Part shown: positions 51,561 through 54,437 of the stretch, one piece after another
How the letters are laid out: every line of letters begins with the position of its first letter
Position numbering within the stretch: the stretch's first letter is position 1
DNA from: a virus
Reading direction: 5' to 3' (one strand)
Length of the DNA: 54,437 bases
Virus record (IMG/VR): IMGVR_UViG_3300012985_000003
Translations under genes and position numbers: made by a program
Notes under the pieces: generated by a model
What the model saw: the letters and a program-made list of their open reading frames with translations, nothing else
What the model was told of the DNA's origin: nothing
Databases searched by the model: none

Positions 51561-54437
51561 ATGGCCGGCTGGCGCGAATCCCGGTTTGCTACTGAGGCGC
51601 CGGTCGCGGCCCCCGTCGGAGCCCAGCAGCAGTCGGTCACCCAGGATGAGACGCGCGCCGCCGGCGGCTGGCAGGGCAGCCGGTTCGCCCTGGAGGCGGC
51701 GCCCCGGCTCCCGAAGTGGCAGAGCGGCGGCCAGGTCGGCTCCACGGAGAACGGCTGGAACACGCCCTTCTACCAAAAGATGTTCGACCAGCGCAACGCG
51801 CGGCTGGACGCCGGCACGATCGGCGACTGGTACTCGAGCGAGGACTTCACCGGCGTCGCGACGTGGGAGGGCCAGAAGGCCGCCGACGGGCGAGACATCC
51901 GCCTCGGCGACGTGTACGAGGACGGCACCTACCGGGGCAACCTGCTGGACCCGAAGAGCGGCTACGACGAGGCCACCGGCTACCAGATGCTCGCGCAGCT
52001 GAGCCTCAGCGCGGACGAGCAGAAGCACGCGTACGAGCGGCTCCGCTCGAACCCCCTCGCGGTCAAGGAGGCGGTCGACGCCCGCGCGGCGGAGGACACG
52101 CGCAACGTCGCGGCGGCCCAGGGCAGCAAGGCCTACCAGAGCGAGATCGACCAGCAGAAGAGCGAGTGGGACGACGCCGTCGAGGGCACCCTGGCGATCG
52201 CCGCCGGTGCCGTGGGCGGCGCGGCGCTCGGCATCTTCGGAGGCCCGATCGGCATCGCAGCCGGTGCCGTGGTCGGTGGCGTGGCGGCGGCGGCCAACAA
52301 GGACTTCCTGGTCGACCAGGCGGCGCGGGCCACCGTGCAGACGGGCATGGCCGCGGAGCAGTTCGGCCCGGCGGGCGGCCTGAGCACGGGCCTGCAGCAG
52401 TGGGGCGGCGCGGCGCTGAGCGCCTTCACCCCCCTCTCCAACCTGACGCAGGGTATCACGGACCTCGCCAACGGCGGCTGGGACGACTCGAGCGCCTACT
52501 ACGACATGGGCGCCGAGCGGCCCTGGTGGCTCACGGGCCTCGGGATCACGGCGACCCTCGGCGACTCGCTCCTGCAGTTCGCCAGCCCCGTCGGCCAGGC
52601 CGCGTTCAAGACGGCGATGGGCGCGACCGTGGCCGGCGGCGCGGGGCAGCTCGCCTTCCAGGGAGGCGCGCGGTTCGACGACCGCATCGGCAACTTCGAC
52701 GCGCCGGACGACCCGGGCCAGTGGCTCGCCGCCATCGGCGCGGTGGGTATGGACGTCGTCCAGCTCGCCGGGGCTCGAGGCATCGCCCGTGCCGTCACCA
52801 GCGCAGACCGCGCGGCGCTCGGTACGGTCGACGACGCGAGCCGGCTCAGCCTGTTCAACCGCACGATGCCGGAGGGCGCCGTCCGCACCGAGCGCATCGG
52901 TGGCAAGCAGTTCTACCTGGACGAGGCGGGCCAGGTCGTCGGCACCCCGCGCACCACGATGACGATGCTCGCCCCGAGCGAGGCGACGATGTGGGCCAGC
53001 GCGAAGCTGCAGACCCAGATCATGCGGGCGCAGCACGGCGGCGCGATCAGCCCTCAGCAGGCGAACCAGCTGCTGTACCAGGCGGCGAAGGACATCGAGG
53101 GCGGCACGAACCTCGCGAAGACGGCGCTCGTGAACGCGTTCGGCGAGGGTCTCGAGGAGGCGACCCAGTCGGTGCTCGAGCCCCTGAGCCACGGCTGGAC
53201 CCCCGACGGCAACGACGTCATCATGAGCTACCTGCAGGGCGCCGCCGCCGGCGCGGGCATGAGCGTCGGCGCCCGGGTCGGGAGCTACTCCGCCAACGAG
53301 CGGGGCTACCTGCGGAGCCAGCAGATCGCCAAGCTGAACAACGTCACCCCGCCGACCCGCGAGCAGTGGGACAGCTGGACGCCGGAGCAGAAGCGCCAGG
53401 CGACCGCCGCCCCGCCCCTCGTCTCGATGGGGCTCCGCGAGGCCGGCGAGCGCGCGGCGCGCGAGCAGGTGATGGAGGCCGTCAAGTTCGACGTGGGTCT
53501 CGAGAAGAGCCTGGACGCCGCCCTGCTGACGCAGGACAAGGAGATGCGGAGCCTGAACCCGGCCCTGGAGGGCACGTTCACGCTCGGCTCGCTGCAGTCC
53601 AGCGACATCCCCAACCACGTCGTGCTGAGCGACTTCGACTCCGTCGTGAACCTGCTCCAGAGCAACGCCGACTCCGTGCGCGACCAGATCGCCCAGCGCA
53701 ACCCGGCGCCGCAGCTCGAGCCCATCGCGGAGGCTCAGGCGATGGTCCTGGAGCAGATGCACCGGCTGCAGCGGGAGTTCGTGTCGGCGACTCCGGAGCG
53801 CCAGGCCCAGATCGTGCGCGACGCGAACGAGGTCATCCAGGTCGCGTGGGACTCGGTCGTCCAGGAGGGCGACGTCATCACCGGCAGCCCGTACGCGAAG
53901 GCCGTCGGCGTGCTGCTCAGCCGCTCCCCGAACAACAGCGCAGGCTCGTTCCAGATGCTGATGCCGCAGGTCTCCCTGCAGGACACGCTCGACGGCGGGC
54001 AGGGCCTGCTGAAGGTCAGCCACGCGATCCTGAAGATGATCGACGGCGACTTCGACGGCGACATGGTGCGCCAGCACGTCCAGGTCGCGATCGAGATCGA
54101 GGACGACGCGTACCGCGCGCTGCGGCTCGGCCTGAACGCGCTCGGCATGCGCGACGGCTCCGTCAAGATCGGCACCCGCGACACCGAGGAGTTCATCATC
54201 GACCGCCTCGGGCTGGCGGCGAAGGGTGGCGTCGGCAGCAAGAGCGCCGAGGCGACCCTCCGGGTGATGAGCGCCTGGCTGAAGACGAACCTCGCGACCG
54301 TCCCCAACATCGACACCATCGTCGACGAGACGATCGACGAGCTCCGCCGCGGCGTCGTGGACGCCAAGCAGAACCTGTTCCAGAAGCTGAACACGCAGGC
54401 GTCCGACGAGGTGATCCGCCTCGGCGAGCGCGGCAAC
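51561..54437 (+). CDS. Giant protein, N-terminal 959 codons (runs off the window end and continues at nt 1/124); contains RNAP-like double-psi-barrel motifs
   Basis: ATG 51561 lies 6 nt after GGAG. The frame has no stop to the window end and is in frame with nt 1. A glycine-zipper hydrophobic pair lies at about 52185-52296, a beta-like motif at 52893-52982 and a beta-prime-like motif at 53922-54143. Confidence 0.85.
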   Translation, partial: MAGWRESRFATEAPVAAPVGAQQQSVTQDETRAAGGWQGSRFALEAAPRLPKWQSGGQVGSTENGWNTPFYQKMFDQRNARLDAGTIGDWYSSEDFTGVATWEGQKAADGRDIRLGDVYEDGTYRGNLLDPKSGYDEATGYQMLAQLSLSADEQKHAYERLRSNPLAVKEAVDARAAEDTRNVAAAQGSKAYQSEIDQQKSEWDDAVEGTLAIAAGAVGGAALGIFGGPIGIAAGAVVGGVAAAANKDFLVDQAARATVQTGMAAEQFGPAGGLSTGLQQWGGAALSAFTPLSNLTQGITDLANGGWDDSSAYYDMGAERPWWLTGLGITATLGDSLLQFASPVGQAAFKTAMGATVAGGAGQLAFQGGARFDDRIGNFDAPDDPGQWLAAIGAVGMDVVQLAGARGIARAVTSADRAALGTVDDASRLSLFNRTMPEGAVRTERIGGKQFYLDEAGQVVGTPRTTMTMLAPSEATMWASAKLQTQIMRAQHGGAISPQQANQLLYQAAKDIEGGTNLAKTALVNAFGEGLEEATQSVLEPLSHGWTPDGNDVIMSYLQGAAAGAGMSVGARVGSYSANERGYLRSQQIAKLNNVTPPTREQWDSWTPEQKRQATAAPPLVSMGLREAGERAAREQVMEAVKFDVGLEKSLDAALLTQDKEMRSLNPALEGTFTLGSLQSSDIPNHVVLSDFDSVVNLLQSNADSVRDQIAQRNPAPQLEPIAEAQAMVLEQMHRLQREFVSATPERQAQIVRDANEVIQVAWDSVVQEGDVITGSPYAKAVGVLLSRSPNNSAGSFQMLMPQVSLQDTLDGGQGLLKVSHAILKMIDGDFDGDMVRQHVQVAIEIEDDAYRALRLGLNALGMRDGSVKIGTRDTEEFIIDRLGLAAKGGVGSKSAEATLRVMSAWLKTNLATVPNIDTIVDETIDELRRGVVDAKQNLFQKLNTQASDEVIRLGERGN
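54315..54437. repeat. Second copy of the 123-bp terminal overlap
   Basis: Identical to nt 1-123. Confidence 0.9.

Noticed and set aside
54042-54062. DGDFDGD read as a DxDxDG calcium-binding loop and not as an RNAP active site.
   Set aside because: This is not fully rejected. It is less favoured because the matches to beta-prime extend about 40 residues upstream and about 25 residues downstream of the triad, and a beta-like motif lies at the expected distance upstream. It is kept as the main alternative in the finding.

Overview
The window is a complete, circularly closed phage genome. Nt 1-123 are identical to nt 54315-54437, so the unique length is 54,314 bp. It is high-GC dsDNA and most plausibly a lytic podovirus of an actinobacterial host. 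I saw no tRNA, rRNA, CRISPR array, integrase or transposase.

Two arms diverge from an AT-rich control region at about 51.1-51.56 kb.

(1) The rightward virion/lysis/packaging arm runs 51561 -> junction -> 31827. It opens with one uninterrupted 13.27-kb gene (4,422 aa, about 24 percent of the genome). After it come the portal, major capsid, three fibre/FN3 proteins, an M15 endolysin with three membrane proteins, nozzle-type tail proteins and the large terminase.

(2) The leftward early/replication arm runs 51107 -> 31748. It holds many translationally coupled small ORFs, a MoxR AAA+ / vWA pair, a gp2.5-like SSB, a Cas4-like nuclease, a family A DNA polymerase, RuvC, an RHH protein, an SF2 helicase, an SF3 primase-helicase and a prim-pol.

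The main hypothesis is that the N-terminal quarter of the giant protein carries beta-like and beta-prime-like double-psi-barrel RNA polymerase signatures, including an exact DFDGD triad with flanking matches. That would make it a candidate virion-delivered single-chain RNAP fused to about 3,400 aa of ejection-type sequence.

Other notable signals:
- a 13-copy CGTAACGA iteron array;
- a shared promoter-like motif, with inverted repeats bracketing a 23-nt core at two of its three sites;
- an A5T5 motif after terminators;
- a GC3 frame flip inside the scaffold-like gene;
- an in-frame TGA between two coding segments.

All functional calls come from reading motifs by eye. No database search was possible.
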